The notes: generated by a model not told the origin, from the sequence alone. Positions 35,357 to 44,908 are shown, numbered from the stretch's first letter. The stretch: 62,308 nt of DNA from Armatimonadota bacterium (GCA_037440005.1 JBBIUY010000015.1:1-62308), one strand, 5' to 3'. Numbers and translations are program-made.

Positions 35357-38042
35357 GCGCGCTCAGGTCCGGCGACTCGATCATCTGCACGAAGGCGCGC
35401 ACCACCTCCGGGTCGAACTGCCGTCCCGCCTGCTCCCGGATGTACTGCAGGGCGCGTTCGGGGGGCCACGCCGGCCGGTAGGGGCGGTCGGAGCGCAGCG
35501 CGTCCCACACGTCCACCACCGCGAAGATCCGCGCCGCCAGGGGAATCTCGTCGCCCCGCAGCCCGCGGGGGTAGCCGGTGCCGTCCCAGCGCTCGTGGTG
35601 GCAGTAGGGGATGTCCAGGGCCGGGCGCAGGTGGGTGATGGGCCACAGCAGGGTGCGGGCCAGGTCGGGATGCTGGCGCATGACGGCCCACTCGTCCTCG
35701 GTCAGGGGACCGGGTTTGAGCAGGATGGCGTCGGGGATGCCCATCTTGCCGATGTCGTGCAGCAGCGCTCCCCGGCGGATGTGCGCCACCTCATCTTCCG
35801 GAACGCCCATCGCCCGGGCCAGCCGGACCGTCAGGTCGGCCACCCTCTGGGTGTGACCTTCGGTCTCCCGGTCTCGCAGGTCCAGGGCCCGGGACCACCC
35901 TTCCAGGGTCGTCTCGTAGGCCAGGGTGAGGTCGAGGTTGGCCCGCTGCAGGTCGGCGAACAGGGCCGCGTTGTCGACCGCGATGGCCGCCTGGCCGGCC
36001 AGCGTCTCCAGGAACTCCACCCACCTCGACGGCGGGTCCAGAGGGCGGCGGGTGTAGACCTCCAGCACGCCCTTGACCTCTCCCTTGGCCACCAGAGGGG
36101 TGGCGCAGTAACCGACAACATCCTCCCCGGCGCGCACGCTCAGGCTGGAGTCCGGGCTGCGACGCAGGTCCGAGACCAGGACGGTCCGCCTGTCCATCAC
36201 GGCCCGGCCCGCGTGGCCGTCGCCCGGGCGCACAGCGGCGCCCCCGGGGCCGACCCCGCGCCCGGCCGCGTGCTCCAGCAGATGGGTCCGGGGGTTCAGC
36301 AGGAGGACCGCGGCGGCGTCCACCTCCAGCTGGGCGATCACCTGGTCCAGCAGGACCTCCAGGCTCACCCGCAGGTCCAGGCTGCCGGTGATGGCCAGGT
36401 CGACCGTCCGCAGGCCCTGCAGCCGCCGCAGGCTCTGCTCGGTCTCCTCGAACAGGCGGGCGTTGTCCAGGGCGGCGGCGGACAGGTGGGCGAAGGCCTG
36501 GAAGAACTCCACCCGCTCGGGAGTGAAAAAGTCTTCCTCGAGGCCGTACACGGTCAGGACCCCCCACGGCTTCTCGCGGGCCACCAGCGGGAAGGCCGCG
36601 ACCGTCCGGGAGCCGCGGGCGAGGGCGGCCTCCCCCCACGGGGCGGGGGTCGGATCCGAGCGTACGCCCTCCACGACCGGGAAGCCGCTGCGGACGCACC
36701 GGCCCACGGGCCCCTGGCCGGCCGGCGAGTCGTCCCAGCGGACGACCACGCCCGGAGGCGAGGGGGCGTCCTCAGGAAACCACCGCACGGGCCGCACGGC
36801 GCCGCCGGCCTCCACCCGGCCCAGCCAGGCACGGGCGGCGCCGAAGGTGACGCAGGAGCGGACCACCTCCCCGGCCAGCGCGTGGCTGTCCAGCGACCGG
36901 GTCAGATTCCGGGCCGCGGTGTACAGCGCCGTCAGGGTCTGCAGCTGGCGGAGGACCTGGGATTCGGCGGCTTCCCGCTCGGCGGTGCGGCGCTGCAGGG
37001 ACTCGGCCATCTCGTCAAACGCGCCCGCGAGTTGGGCGATTTCGCCGGGCCCGCCGCGCCACCCGGTACGGGCGCTCAGGTCGCCGGCGGCCAGGCGCCG
37101 GACGGCACCGGCGAGGGCGTCCATGGGGTGGAGGATCAGCCGCGTGGCCGTCGACCACGCCACCACCATCCCGGCCACCGTCACGAGGAACAGCGTGGCC
37201 AGGTTGCTGGTGAACGCGGCGTCGACGGGTTCCATGGCCACCTGTCGGGGGACGCTGGCGGCCAGGTACAGGATCCGACCCTCTCCTGGCTGCAGGTGGC
37301 GGTACCCCACAAACCGCGCCCGGCCGTCCAGCCCTGGCACTTCCACCGTGCCCTCGGCCGGTCCGGCGACCATGGCCGCCAGCAGGGGCGCTTCCGGAAC
37401 CGTTTTGCCCACCCACCGGTCGGGATCGGGGTACCGCACGAGCACCGTCCCCTCCCGGTCCAGCAGGGTGAGGGTGGCGCCCGAAGGGAGGGCCGAGGCG
37501 ATGTTGGCGGCCACCTCGTTCAGCCAGCGCAGGTCCACGGCGGCAAACAGCACACCCAGGACGCGGTCCCGCTCGTCCAGAAGGGGGTAGCCGAAGTTGA
37601 GGGTCGCCCTGCCCGTGACCCGCCCCACCTGGTACTCCCCGACGACGAAACCGCGGGCGCTGACCGCCAGCTGGAAGTAGGCGCGGTCGGACAGGTCCAC
37701 CGGGGGAGTGAACGGCAGGGCGCTGCACCGCAGCAGCCCGTCGGGACCGACGACGCCCAGGTTGGCGTAGTACAGGTGGCGGCTGAGGCGCGCCTGCAGC
37801 AGGGCCTGGCAGCGGCCGGGGGTGGCGGCGCGGATGTCGGGGAGTTGCGCCAGAGCGGCCAGGAGGGCGCTGGTGGTCTCGACCACCTCGTCGATGGCGC
37901 GGGACGCCAGCACGGCGTACCGGAGGGCTTCCCCCCGGGCCTGGGCGGCCGCCCGGCGGCGCTCCCGGGCGAAGTCGTAGGTCACCACCCCCACCGCCGG
38001 CAGGGCGATCAACAGGATCAGCAGCATCAGGCGCGCGCGCAT
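35325..38042 (-). CDS. membrane sensor HD-GYP c-di-GMP phosphodiesterase (Cache-HAMP-GAF-GAF-HD-GYP)
   Basis: Two TMs around DLSDRAYF Cache, GDLSAR/EIAQLA HAMP, two GAFs, TEGHTQRV, LLHDIGK, HHERWDGTGYP, DVWDAL. Confidence 0.92.
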   Translation of the reverse strand: MRARLMLLILLIALPAVGVVTYDFARERRRAAAQARGEALRYAVLASRAIDEVVETTSALLAALAQLPDIRAATPGRCQALLQARLSRHLYYANLGVVGPDGLLRCSALPFTPPVDLSDRAYFQLAVSARGFVVGEYQVGRVTGRATLNFGYPLLDERDRVLGVLFAAVDLRWLNEVAANIASALPSGATLTLLDREGTVLVRYPDPDRWVGKTVPEAPLLAAMVAGPAEGTVEVPGLDGRARFVGYRHLQPGEGRILYLAASVPRQVAMEPVDAAFTSNLATLFLVTVAGMVVAWSTATRLILHPMDALAGAVRRLAAGDLSARTGWRGGPGEIAQLAGAFDEMAESLQRRTAEREAAESQVLRQLQTLTALYTAARNLTRSLDSHALAGEVVRSCVTFGAARAWLGRVEAGGAVRPVRWFPEDAPSPPGVVVRWDDSPAGQGPVGRCVRSGFPVVEGVRSDPTPAPWGEAALARGSRTVAAFPLVAREKPWGVLTVYGLEEDFFTPERVEFFQAFAHLSAAALDNARLFEETEQSLRRLQGLRTVDLAITGSLDLRVSLEVLLDQVIAQLEVDAAAVLLLNPRTHLLEHAAGRGVGPGGAAVRPGDGHAGRAVMDRRTVLVSDLRRSPDSSLSVRAGEDVVGYCATPLVAKGEVKGVLEVYTRRPLDPPSRWVEFLETLAGQAAIAVDNAALFADLQRANLDLTLAYETTLEGWSRALDLRDRETEGHTQRVADLTVRLARAMGVPEDEVAHIRRGALLHDIGKMGIPDAILLKPGPLTEDEWAVMRQHPDLARTLLWPITHLRPALDIPYCHHERWDGTGYPRGLRGDEIPLAARIFAVVDVWDALRSDRPYRPAWPPERALQYIREQAGRQFDPEVVRAFVQMIESPDLSALTREGVSGRG

Positions 38043-38118
38043 CCGCCGTTCCGCTCCCCCATCCCCCGGTCCCCGCATTCGCGCGGGACCGGGGTCCCCT
38101 GGTAGTGGTGCCCGCCAG

Positions 38119-38134
38119 AGCAATTTCCTAGCCC
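38119..38134 (-). promoter_or_regulatory. possible sigma54 promoter GGGCTAGGAAATTGCT for the HD-GYP gene
   Basis: GG-N10-GC spacing with TTGCT; -24 box degenerate. Confidence 0.4.
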
Positions 38135-38307
38135 GGCTAAACGGAATGCTTGCCGGCGTCTTTCAGGCGCCCCGCGGGGTGTCTTCCCGGGGTTCGGACG
38201 CGCGGCGGGCCGCACGGGGTGTGCGGGAAGGCCACGACAGGGAAGCGGCGCGCCCGGGCGAACTACATCGCGTCCACTTTGTCCGTCCGACCTTTTCCTC
38301 CTCCCCC

Positions 38308-38334
38308 GCAATAAAGTGGACGCCAAAAGTCGTC
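38308..38334 (+). promoter_or_regulatory. possible ECF autoregulatory promoter GCAATAAA...CGTC
   Basis: AT-rich -35-like and CGTC -10-like boxes about 30 nt before the ECF start. Confidence 0.4.
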
Positions 38335-38362
38335 TTTGCTGGTAGATGCCGGACCCGGTGGG

Positions 38363-38956
38363 ATGGCGGTGACCGAGGCCCCGTCGGCCGCGCAGACCGA
38401 CTTCGAGCAGTCCGTCAGGCCCCACCTGGACTACCTGTACGGCCTGGCGGTGCGCCTGTGCGGCAACCCGACGGCGGCCGAGGACCTGGTGCAGGACGCC
38501 CTGGTGCGGGCGTTTCGGGCCTTCGGAGGCCTGCGCAACCGCCAGCACCCCCGGCTGTGGCTGACCCGGGTGCTCACCAGCGCGTTTTACGACCGGGTGC
38601 GGGCCGGGCCCGACGGCCCCCCCGCCCGGTCCCTGGACGAGGAGTTCGACCTGTTCGACACGATCGTCCAGGAAGACCCGTTCCCCTACTCCGACCGGGT
38701 CCACCTGGACTTCCTGGACCTCTTCGACGACGCCCGGGTCATCGAGGTGTTCCAGGGGCTGATTCCCCGCCACCGGGTCGCGTTGATCCTGGCCTACGTC
38801 TACCGCTTCACGGCGGCGGAGATCGCGGAGATCGCCGGCCGGCCCGTGGGCACCGTGCTGGCCTGGCTGCACCGGGGCCGCAAGCAGATGGAGCGGGGAC
38901 TGTGGGAGTACGCCGTGAGCCACCGACTCCTGACCGGAGGGACAAATCGCCCGTGA
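38363..38956 (+). CDS. ECF sigma factor
   Basis: AEDLVQDALVRAF (region 2), EIAEIAGRPVGTVLAWLHRGRK (region 4). Confidence 0.9.
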   Translation: MAVTEAPSAAQTDFEQSVRPHLDYLYGLAVRLCGNPTAAEDLVQDALVRAFRAFGGLRNRQHPRLWLTRVLTSAFYDRVRAGPDGPPARSLDEEFDLFDTIVQEDPFPYSDRVHLDFLDLFDDARVIEVFQGLIPRHRVALILAYVYRFTAAEIAEIAGRPVGTVLAWLHRGRKQMERGLWEYAVSHRLLTGGTNRP

Positions 38957-39192
38957 TCAGCTGCAAAGACGCCGTCGCGCGCCTGTGGATGTACCTGGAC
39001 CGCCACCTGGGACGGGTGCAGGAGCAGGAACTGGAGGAGCACCTGGGGGTGTGCCGCCACTGCTGCGGGGAACTGGAGTTCGCCCGGCAGATCCGCGCCC
39101 TGCTGAGTCGGTCGAGTTCCTCGGCGGCGCTGCCGCCCCACACCCGCACCAGGCTGGAAGAGCTGCTGAAAGGGCTGGGTGAGAAGCCATGA
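38953..39192 (+). CDS. zinc-binding (ZAS/zf-HC2) soluble anti-sigma factor
   Basis: SCKDAV...YLD...HLGVCRHC (H-x3-C-x2-C); GTGA overlap. Confidence 0.85.
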   Translation: MISCKDAVARLWMYLDRHLGRVQEQELEEHLGVCRHCCGELEFARQIRALLSRSSSSAALPPHTRTRLEELLKGLGEKP

Positions 39193-40010
39193 GCGACCAC
39201 CAGCACATCCGCGCGCCCGCGTCCGACGACCTGCTGGGTCAGCGGACGGTCCGGGACCTGGTCCGCCAGGCCTACCGGGCCGTCATCGGCGCGCGGTCCA
39301 GCGTCGCCGAACGCCTGTACGACCCCTCCCAGCTGGCGGTGCTCCCCCGGGGGGCGGTGGAGCAGGCCCTGGGGGTCGGCAACCCGGTGCGGGCGGCGGA
39401 CCTGGGGCCGGGGGAGGTGGTGGTGGACCTGGGCTGCGGCGGGGGCATCGACACCATCCTCGCCGCGCTGGCGGTGGCGCCTGACGGGCGGGCCATCGGG
39501 CTGGACATGCTCCCCGAGATGCTGGCCGTCGCCGCACGCCACGCGGCCGAGGCGCAGGTCACCAACGTGGAGTGGGTGCAGGGCGAGATCGAGGCCATCC
39601 CCCTGCCCGACGCCAGCGCGGACGTGGCCATCAGCAACGGTGTCATCAACCTCTCGCCCCGCAAGTCGCGGGCCTTCGCGGAGATCTACCGCATCCTGCG
39701 GTCGGGCGGGCGCATGGTGGTGGCCGACATCATCGTGGACGAGGACCTGCCGCCGGAGGTGGTGACCAGCGCCGCGGCGTGGGCGGGCTGACTGTCGGGG
39801 GCCCTGGCGGAGCGTGCCTTCGTCAGCAAACTGCAGAAGATCGGGTTCGTGGACATCCGGCGGGGGGAGGAGCTGCCCTTTGGCGTGGATGAGTGCGAGC
39901 AGTACCCCCTGTTCACGCCGGAGCTGATCGCCCTGATGCGCCGGCTCATCCCGCCCCAGCGCCAGCCCGCGGTGGCGCGGTCGGTGGTCTTCCACGCGCG
40001 GAAGCCGTAG
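39189..40010 (+). CDS. ArsM-like SAM methyltransferase, probable selenoprotein (UGA 39789-39791 read as Sec)
   Basis: VVDLGCGGGID, ISNGVINL; frame continues past TGA as WAG-U-LSGAL...HARKP to TAG 40010, matching the ArsM WxGCxxGAL...A(R/K)K C-terminus. Confidence 0.8.
39792..39826 (+). promoter_or_regulatory. candidate bacterial SECIS hairpin
   Basis: CTGTCGGGGGC / GCCTTCGTCAG stem with apical GGCGG loop directly after the in-frame TGA. Confidence 0.5.
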
Positions 40011-40056
40011 GCGGCTTGTTCCCGCGCGGGAGGGGAGGACGGAGGGAGGGTCTGCC

Positions 40057-40638
40057 GTGACCTGGATCCGCACCGTTGACGAGGAGCAGGCCACCGGCTA
40101 CCTGCGGCGGGCCTACGAGGCCGACCTGGCCCGCCTGGGGTTCGTCATGGCCTCCACCAGAGCGCTGTCCGTCCGGCCGGAGCTGGCCGAGGCGCTGGAC
40201 GCCTTCACCGACGCCGTCAAGCGGGCCTCGGCGCTGACGCCCCAGGACCGGCGCCTGATCAGCCTCCTGGTCGCCCGGCACCTGCGGTCGGCGTACTGCG
40301 TCCTGGTCTACGCCGTGGAGGTGGAGCGGGACCTCGGCGGGCTGGACCGGGTGCGGGCCGTCCTGCAGGACTACCGCCGCGCTGGGCTCGGCGCGCGGGA
40401 GGTGGCGATCCTGGACTACGCCCTGGCAGTCGCATCCGGCCACCCCACCGCGCAGCAGGTGGAGCGGCTGCGCGCCGTCGGGCTGGACGACGGGGCCGTC
40501 GTGGACGTGGCGGTATGGGCCGCCCTGCGCGCCCTCCGCAGCCGGGTCTACGAGGCGCTGGGGGTGGAGACCGATCCGTTCTTCCTGGAGCAGCAGGACC
40601 TGGTGGCGGCGGTGGGGGAGACGGCGCAGCCCGGCTGA
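40057..40638 (+). CDS. AhpD/carboxymuconolactone decarboxylase-like (peroxidase-related) protein
   Basis: TWIRTVDEEQATG, SVRPE, SAYC in place of CxYC, ERLRAVGLDD. Confidence 0.75.
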   Translation: MTWIRTVDEEQATGYLRRAYEADLARLGFVMASTRALSVRPELAEALDAFTDAVKRASALTPQDRRLISLLVARHLRSAYCVLVYAVEVERDLGGLDRVRAVLQDYRRAGLGAREVAILDYALAVASGHPTAQQVERLRAVGLDDGAVVDVAVWAALRALRSRVYEALGVETDPFFLEQQDLVAAVGETAQPG

Positions 40639-40706
40639 CCGCCGCGGCACACCGGGGCAGGAGGCGGAGAGACGTCAGGAACCTCGGGTCCTGGGAGGTG
40701 ACATCC

Positions 40707-41308
40707 GTGAGGTACGCGATTGAGGGCAAGCTGCTGGAAGCGTGTTCGTGCGCGGCCGTGTGCCCGTGCTGGGTCGGAGACGATCCGGACGGCGGGAAGT
40801 GCGACGGCCTGATCGCCTACCACTACGACCGGGGAGAGATCGACGGCGTGAACGTCGCCGGCCTCACGCTGGCGCTGGCCGTGCACATCCCCGGCAACGT
40901 GCTCAAAGGCGGCTGGAAAGTGGTGGCGTTCGTGGACAGCGCGGCGACTCCCCGGCAGAAGGAGGCCATCTTGGCCGCCCACACCGGCCGGCTGGGCGGC
41001 CCCCTGGCCGACCTGGCGCCCTCATCGGCGAGGTGCTGGGCGTCTACGACGCGCCCATCGACTTCGCCATGGCCGAGGGGCGGGGGCACATCCGCGTGGG
41101 GGACGCGGTGACCGGCGAGATGCAGCCGCTGACCGACCTCCAGGGCCGGCCCACCGCGCTGGTCGACAGCGTCTTCAGCACCATTCCCGGGTCGCCCGCC
41201 TACGTGGGCAAGGCGCCCGCCCTGCGGGCGCACATCCCCCAGCACCGCGTCCGGTGGGAGTTCAGCGGGCGCAACGCGGTTCTGGGGAGTTTCCGGTTCA
41301 CCGCCTGA
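40707..41308 (+). pseudogene. DUF1326 family protein interrupted by a 1-bp frameshift near 41018
   Basis: EACSC...CPC...C N-terminus up to GGPLADLA continues in another frame as ALIGEVLGVYDAPIDF...WEFSGRNA. Confidence 0.75.
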
Positions 41309-41326
41309 GGGCGACGGGGAGCGCGG

Positions 41327-42100
41327 GTGCTGGGCGCATTTCGCACCCCGGAGGACCGGCGCTGGTACCGCGGCGCCCTGGTGGCGCTGGTGGCGGCGGC
41401 GTGGCTGGCGCTGGCGGTCTGGGGGGCGTCCCCGCATGCCCTCTGGCTGGGACACCACGAGGACGACCGGCCATCCGGCCGTCCGGTCGTCCGGCTGGGC
41501 GCCTTCACCGTCGCGTGGACGCTCATGACGGTGGCCATGATGCTCCCGGGCAGCCTGCCGGTGGCGAACCTGTTCGGGGCGGTGATCGGCCACCGGCCGG
41601 ACCGCAGGCGGTTGATGGCGCAGCTGGGGGCGGGGTATCTGGCGGTGTGGGCGGCATTCGGCCTGGCCGCGTCTGCCGGGGACCTCCTGGTCCACGCCGT
41701 GGTGGGTCACCTCACCCGGGCGGCTCCCCTCGTTGCCCCGCTGGTCGTCCTGGCGGCGGGCGGCTTTCAGTTCACTTCGCTGAAGCACCGATGCCTCACC
41801 CAGTGCCGGTCGCCCTACCTGCTGGTGGCCGCGCACTGGCGGGGGGTCCGCCCTCAGCGGGAGGCGTGGTCCCTGGGGGTTTCCCACGGGCTGTGGTGCG
41901 TCGGGTGCTGCTGGGCGCTCATGCTCCTGATGTTCGCGGTGGGCGTCGCTCACCTGGGCTGGATGCTGGCCCTGGGCGCCGTGATGGCGGCGGAGCGGGC
42001 CACGACCTGGGGACGGCGGATCACCCGGCCGGTCGGCGCGGCCCTGGTCGCCTGGGGCGCGCTCCTTCTGGCCGGCATTCCGGCGGGACGCGGACTGTGA
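41327..42100 (+). CDS. DUF2182 predicted metal-binding membrane protein
   Basis: WTLMTVAMMLP, GYLAVW, FQFTSLKHRCLTQCRSP, GLWCVGCCWALM. Confidence 0.88.
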   Translation: MLGAFRTPEDRRWYRGALVALVAAAWLALAVWGASPHALWLGHHEDDRPSGRPVVRLGAFTVAWTLMTVAMMLPGSLPVANLFGAVIGHRPDRRRLMAQLGAGYLAVWAAFGLAASAGDLLVHAVVGHLTRAAPLVAPLVVLAAGGFQFTSLKHRCLTQCRSPYLLVAAHWRGVRPQREAWSLGVSHGLWCVGCCWALMLLMFAVGVAHLGWMLALGAVMAAERATTWGRRITRPVGAALVAWGALLLAGIPAGRGL

Positions 42101-42119
42101 GTCTGAGGGGGGTGGGGGG

Positions 42120-42722
42120 ATGATGGACCGCAGGGAGTTTCTCAAGAAGGCAGGGCTGGGGGCCGTGGCCCTGGGGTCGTGGCCGGCGCTGGTGCATCTG
42201 GCCGGCGGCCCGGCGCTGGCTCAGGGCCGGCGGGCCTTCCGGTTTCTCGCCGTCAGCGCCGCCGGCGCCGGAGCCGGCCAGCACCTGGTGGCCATGGGAG
42301 GGCAGGGGGTGTCCGACCCGTCCCGGGGGCCGTCGTCGGCCGTGGACGGGGGCGGGAGCTTCTTCCACTTTCAGCCCGCCGCCAGTCCTCCGTTCCCGCT
42401 GGTCGCCTCGGGCACCTGGACGGCGCGGCTGCTGGTGAGCTACAGAGAGATCGGCACTTACGGGGGCCACGCGGCCGGCATCGGCGAGTTCGTCATCGAC
42501 ATCCGGCGGGTGCAGCCTTCGTCGGCGGTGCTGCGCGGTGCCGTGCTGCGCATCTTCTGCAACATCGGGCCCGCCGGGCTGCAGACCGGGGAGATCGAGG
42601 GGTACGCCCTCAGCATCCCGGGCACGGACTTCGCGGCGGGAGGCAGCCCGGGACCGTTCCGCCCGATCCCGCCCGGGGGGACCGGGCTGACGGTGTTCCT
42701 GCTGCCGGAGTCCCTGGGGTAG
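42120..42722 (+). CDS. Tat-exported hypothetical protein
   Basis: MDRREFLK twin-arginine motif, hydrophobic core, ALA cleavage site. Confidence 0.75.
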   Translation: MMDRREFLKKAGLGAVALGSWPALVHLAGGPALAQGRRAFRFLAVSAAGAGAGQHLVAMGGQGVSDPSRGPSSAVDGGGSFFHFQPAASPPFPLVASGTWTARLLVSYREIGTYGGHAAGIGEFVIDIRRVQPSSAVLRGAVLRIFCNIGPAGLQTGEIEGYALSIPGTDFAAGGSPGPFRPIPPGGTGLTVFLLPESLG

Positions 42723-42783
42723 GTCGCAAACGCCGGACTGCCTGCGCGGCCGCCCGCGGGCGACCGGGAGAGGAGAGGGACGC

Positions 42784-43185
42784 GTGGTCTCCAGTGACGA
42801 ACAGGCCATCTTCGACGAGGTCGCGGCGTTCGCTTTGGCGTGGAATCGAGGAGATGCCCGGGCTGCCGCCTCTTTTTTCAGTGAGGACGCCGTCCGGGTC
42901 GGCGCGTTCGGGGACGTGCAGCGCGGACGGGACGAGATCGAGGCCGCCTACCACAGGCTGTTGCACCAGACCATGCCCGGGGCGGTGGCGGAGATCGAGC
43001 GGGGCACCATCCGCACCCTCTCGCCGAACCTGGCCGTCTGGCAGGGAGGCCTTGAGATCACCGTGCCCGGCGGCCCCGCCCTGCGGGGTCACGTGGTCCA
43101 GGTGATGGAGAAGGTCGGAGGGCGCTGGCTGATCGTCGAGTCTCACCCCAAACTCTTCCCGCCCCCTCTTGCGCCTCCGGCGTGA
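42784..43185 (+). CDS. SnoaL/NTF2-like (SgcJ/EcaC, DUF4440) protein
   Basis: AWNRGDA...FSEDA, RGRDEI, GRWLIV..H. Confidence 0.8.
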   Translation: MVSSDEQAIFDEVAAFALAWNRGDARAAASFFSEDAVRVGAFGDVQRGRDEIEAAYHRLLHQTMPGAVAEIERGTIRTLSPNLAVWQGGLEITVPGGPALRGHVVQVMEKVGGRWLIVESHPKLFPPPLAPPA

Positions 43186-43293
43186 GTGGTGGGGCCGTCT
43201 CATCGGCCATCGGGGGCAGGGGCGACCCCCGTGCCTCCCCCACCCCCGCCTGCCCAGGGCTGCTCCCGGGTACCGAAGTACCGGACCGGGCGA

Positions 43294-43322
43294 GGGGTCT
43301 GTCCCCCGCGGGGTCTGTCCCC
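43294..43322. repeat. two copies of REP-like GGGGTCTGTCCCC (16-bp period)
   Basis: Seen at 43294-43306 and 43310-43322, intergenic. Confidence 0.7.
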
Positions 43323-43390
43323 GCCGGGGACACGCCCGTCTGAGGGACAGGAGCCCGCCACCGTTCGCCGAAAGCCCCGGCCGGACCCGC

Positions 43391-44908
43391 ATGAGCGCTC
43401 TCGCCGACGACATCGGACAGCACGTCATCGTGGACTTCCCGGGACCGGAGATCACGCCTGGCCTGGAGAGGCTAGTCCGGGAAGGCCGGATCGGCGGGGT
43501 TATTCTGTTTGCCAAAAACGTCCGCGCCCCCGGCCAGGTGCGCGCCCTCATTGCGGACCTCCAGCGCCTGGCCTCCGCCGCCGGCCTGCCCCCGCTGCTG
43601 GTGTGCGTCGACCAGGAGGGAGGAGCCGTCAACAGGCTGTGGGAAGGGGTCACGGTCTTTCCCTCCCCCATGGCCGTCGCCGCCGCCGGGCGGCCCGAGG
43701 ACGCGGCGGCCGTCGGCCAGATCACCGCGCGCGAACTGCGGGCCGTGGGGATCACCGTCAACCACGCGCCGGTCCTGGACGTCAACAGCAACCCGGCGAA
43801 CCCGGTCATCGGGCCGCGGGCGTTCGGCGACGACCCCGAGCAGGTGGCGCTGATGGGGACGGCCTACGTCCTGGCCGCCTCCGGCGAGGGCCTGCTGGTC
43901 ACGCCCAAACACTTCCCCGGTCACGGCGCCACCGCGTCCGACTCGCACCACCACCTGCCGGTGGTCCGCAAGGACCGCGCGGCCCTGGAGCGGGAGGACC
44001 TGCTGCCCTTTGCCCGGGTGCTGCGGGCCGGGGCGGAGGCGGTGATGGTGGGCCACTTGGTCGTCCCCGCCGTGGACCCCGAACTCCCGGCGACCCTGTC
44101 GTCCGCCGTCCTCGAAGGCCTGCTCCGCCGGGCGCTGGGATGGGACGGGCTGGTGGTCAGCGACTCGATGGCCATGAAGGCCCTGGCGCGGTGGCCGCGG
44201 GGCGAGGCGGCCGTGGCCGCGCTGCGGGCGGGGGTGGACCTGATCCTGGCCTGCGGGACCGAGCAGGAGCAGTACGAGACCTTGCAGGCGGTGCGGGAGG
44301 CGGCGGCGGACGGGCGGCTGAGCCCGCGGGCGCTGCACGGGAGTGCCCAGCGCATCAGGGCGGCCAAGCAGAAGTACCGGGCGTCCCCCGATGTCCCCGC
44401 TCCGGCCGGCGCTCCCGCCCACCGGGGGGTCGCCCGGGACATCGCCGACCGGGCCGTCACGCTCGTCCGCTGCGCTCATGGTGTGCTGCCCCTCGTGCAG
44501 AGCCGGGTGGCGGTCGTGGACCTGGCGCCAGAGTGTCCCTCTGCCGCGACCACGCTGGCGGACGCGCTGCGCGACGGGGGCCTGCGCGTCACGCTGCAGT
44601 CCGTCGCCGGCGTGGACGGCTTCTCCGGGCCGGTGGTGGCCGTCACACCGGGCCGCGGGGTGCCTCCGGCCGCGGAGGTGGCCGACCTGCTGGGTCGCGT
44701 CGGCGGGCGGCTGGTGCTGGTGGGCGTGGGAGCGCCATACGAGCTGGCGGCATTCCCTCAGGTCGCCACCTACCTGGTGACCTACGGTCCCGACCCCTCT
44801 AGCCTCCGTGCCGCCGCCAGGGTCCTGGTGGGCCAGCTGCGGCCTGCTGGCAGGCTGCCCGTCTCCATCCCGGGCCTGTACCCCCGGGGTCACCGGGCGG
44901 ACCTGTAA
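43391..44908 (+). CDS. nagZ: GH3 beta-N-acetylhexosaminidase
   Basis: DQEGG, APVLD, KHFPGHG...DSH, VMVGH, SDSMAM. Confidence 0.88.
   Translation: MSALADDIGQHVIVDFPGPEITPGLERLVREGRIGGVILFAKNVRAPGQVRALIADLQRLASAAGLPPLLVCVDQEGGAVNRLWEGVTVFPSPMAVAAAGRPEDAAAVGQITARELRAVGITVNHAPVLDVNSNPANPVIGPRAFGDDPEQVALMGTAYVLAASGEGLLVTPKHFPGHGATASDSHHHLPVVRKDRAALEREDLLPFARVLRAGAEAVMVGHLVVPAVDPELPATLSSAVLEGLLRRALGWDGLVVSDSMAMKALARWPRGEAAVAALRAGVDLILACGTEQEQYETLQAVREAAADGRLSPRALHGSAQRIRAAKQKYRASPDVPAPAGAPAHRGVARDIADRAVTLVRCAHGVLPLVQSRVAVVDLAPECPSAATTLADALRDGGLRVTLQSVAGVDGFSGPVVAVTPGRGVPPAAEVADLLGRVGGRLVLVGVGAPYELAAFPQVATYLVTYGPDPSSLRAAARVLVGQLRPAGRLPVSIPGLYPRGHRADL

Noticed and set aside
39189..39791. Truncated or pseudogenised arsM
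   Set aside because: The TGA aligns with a conserved Cys and the downstream frame is intact, favouring Sec readthrough
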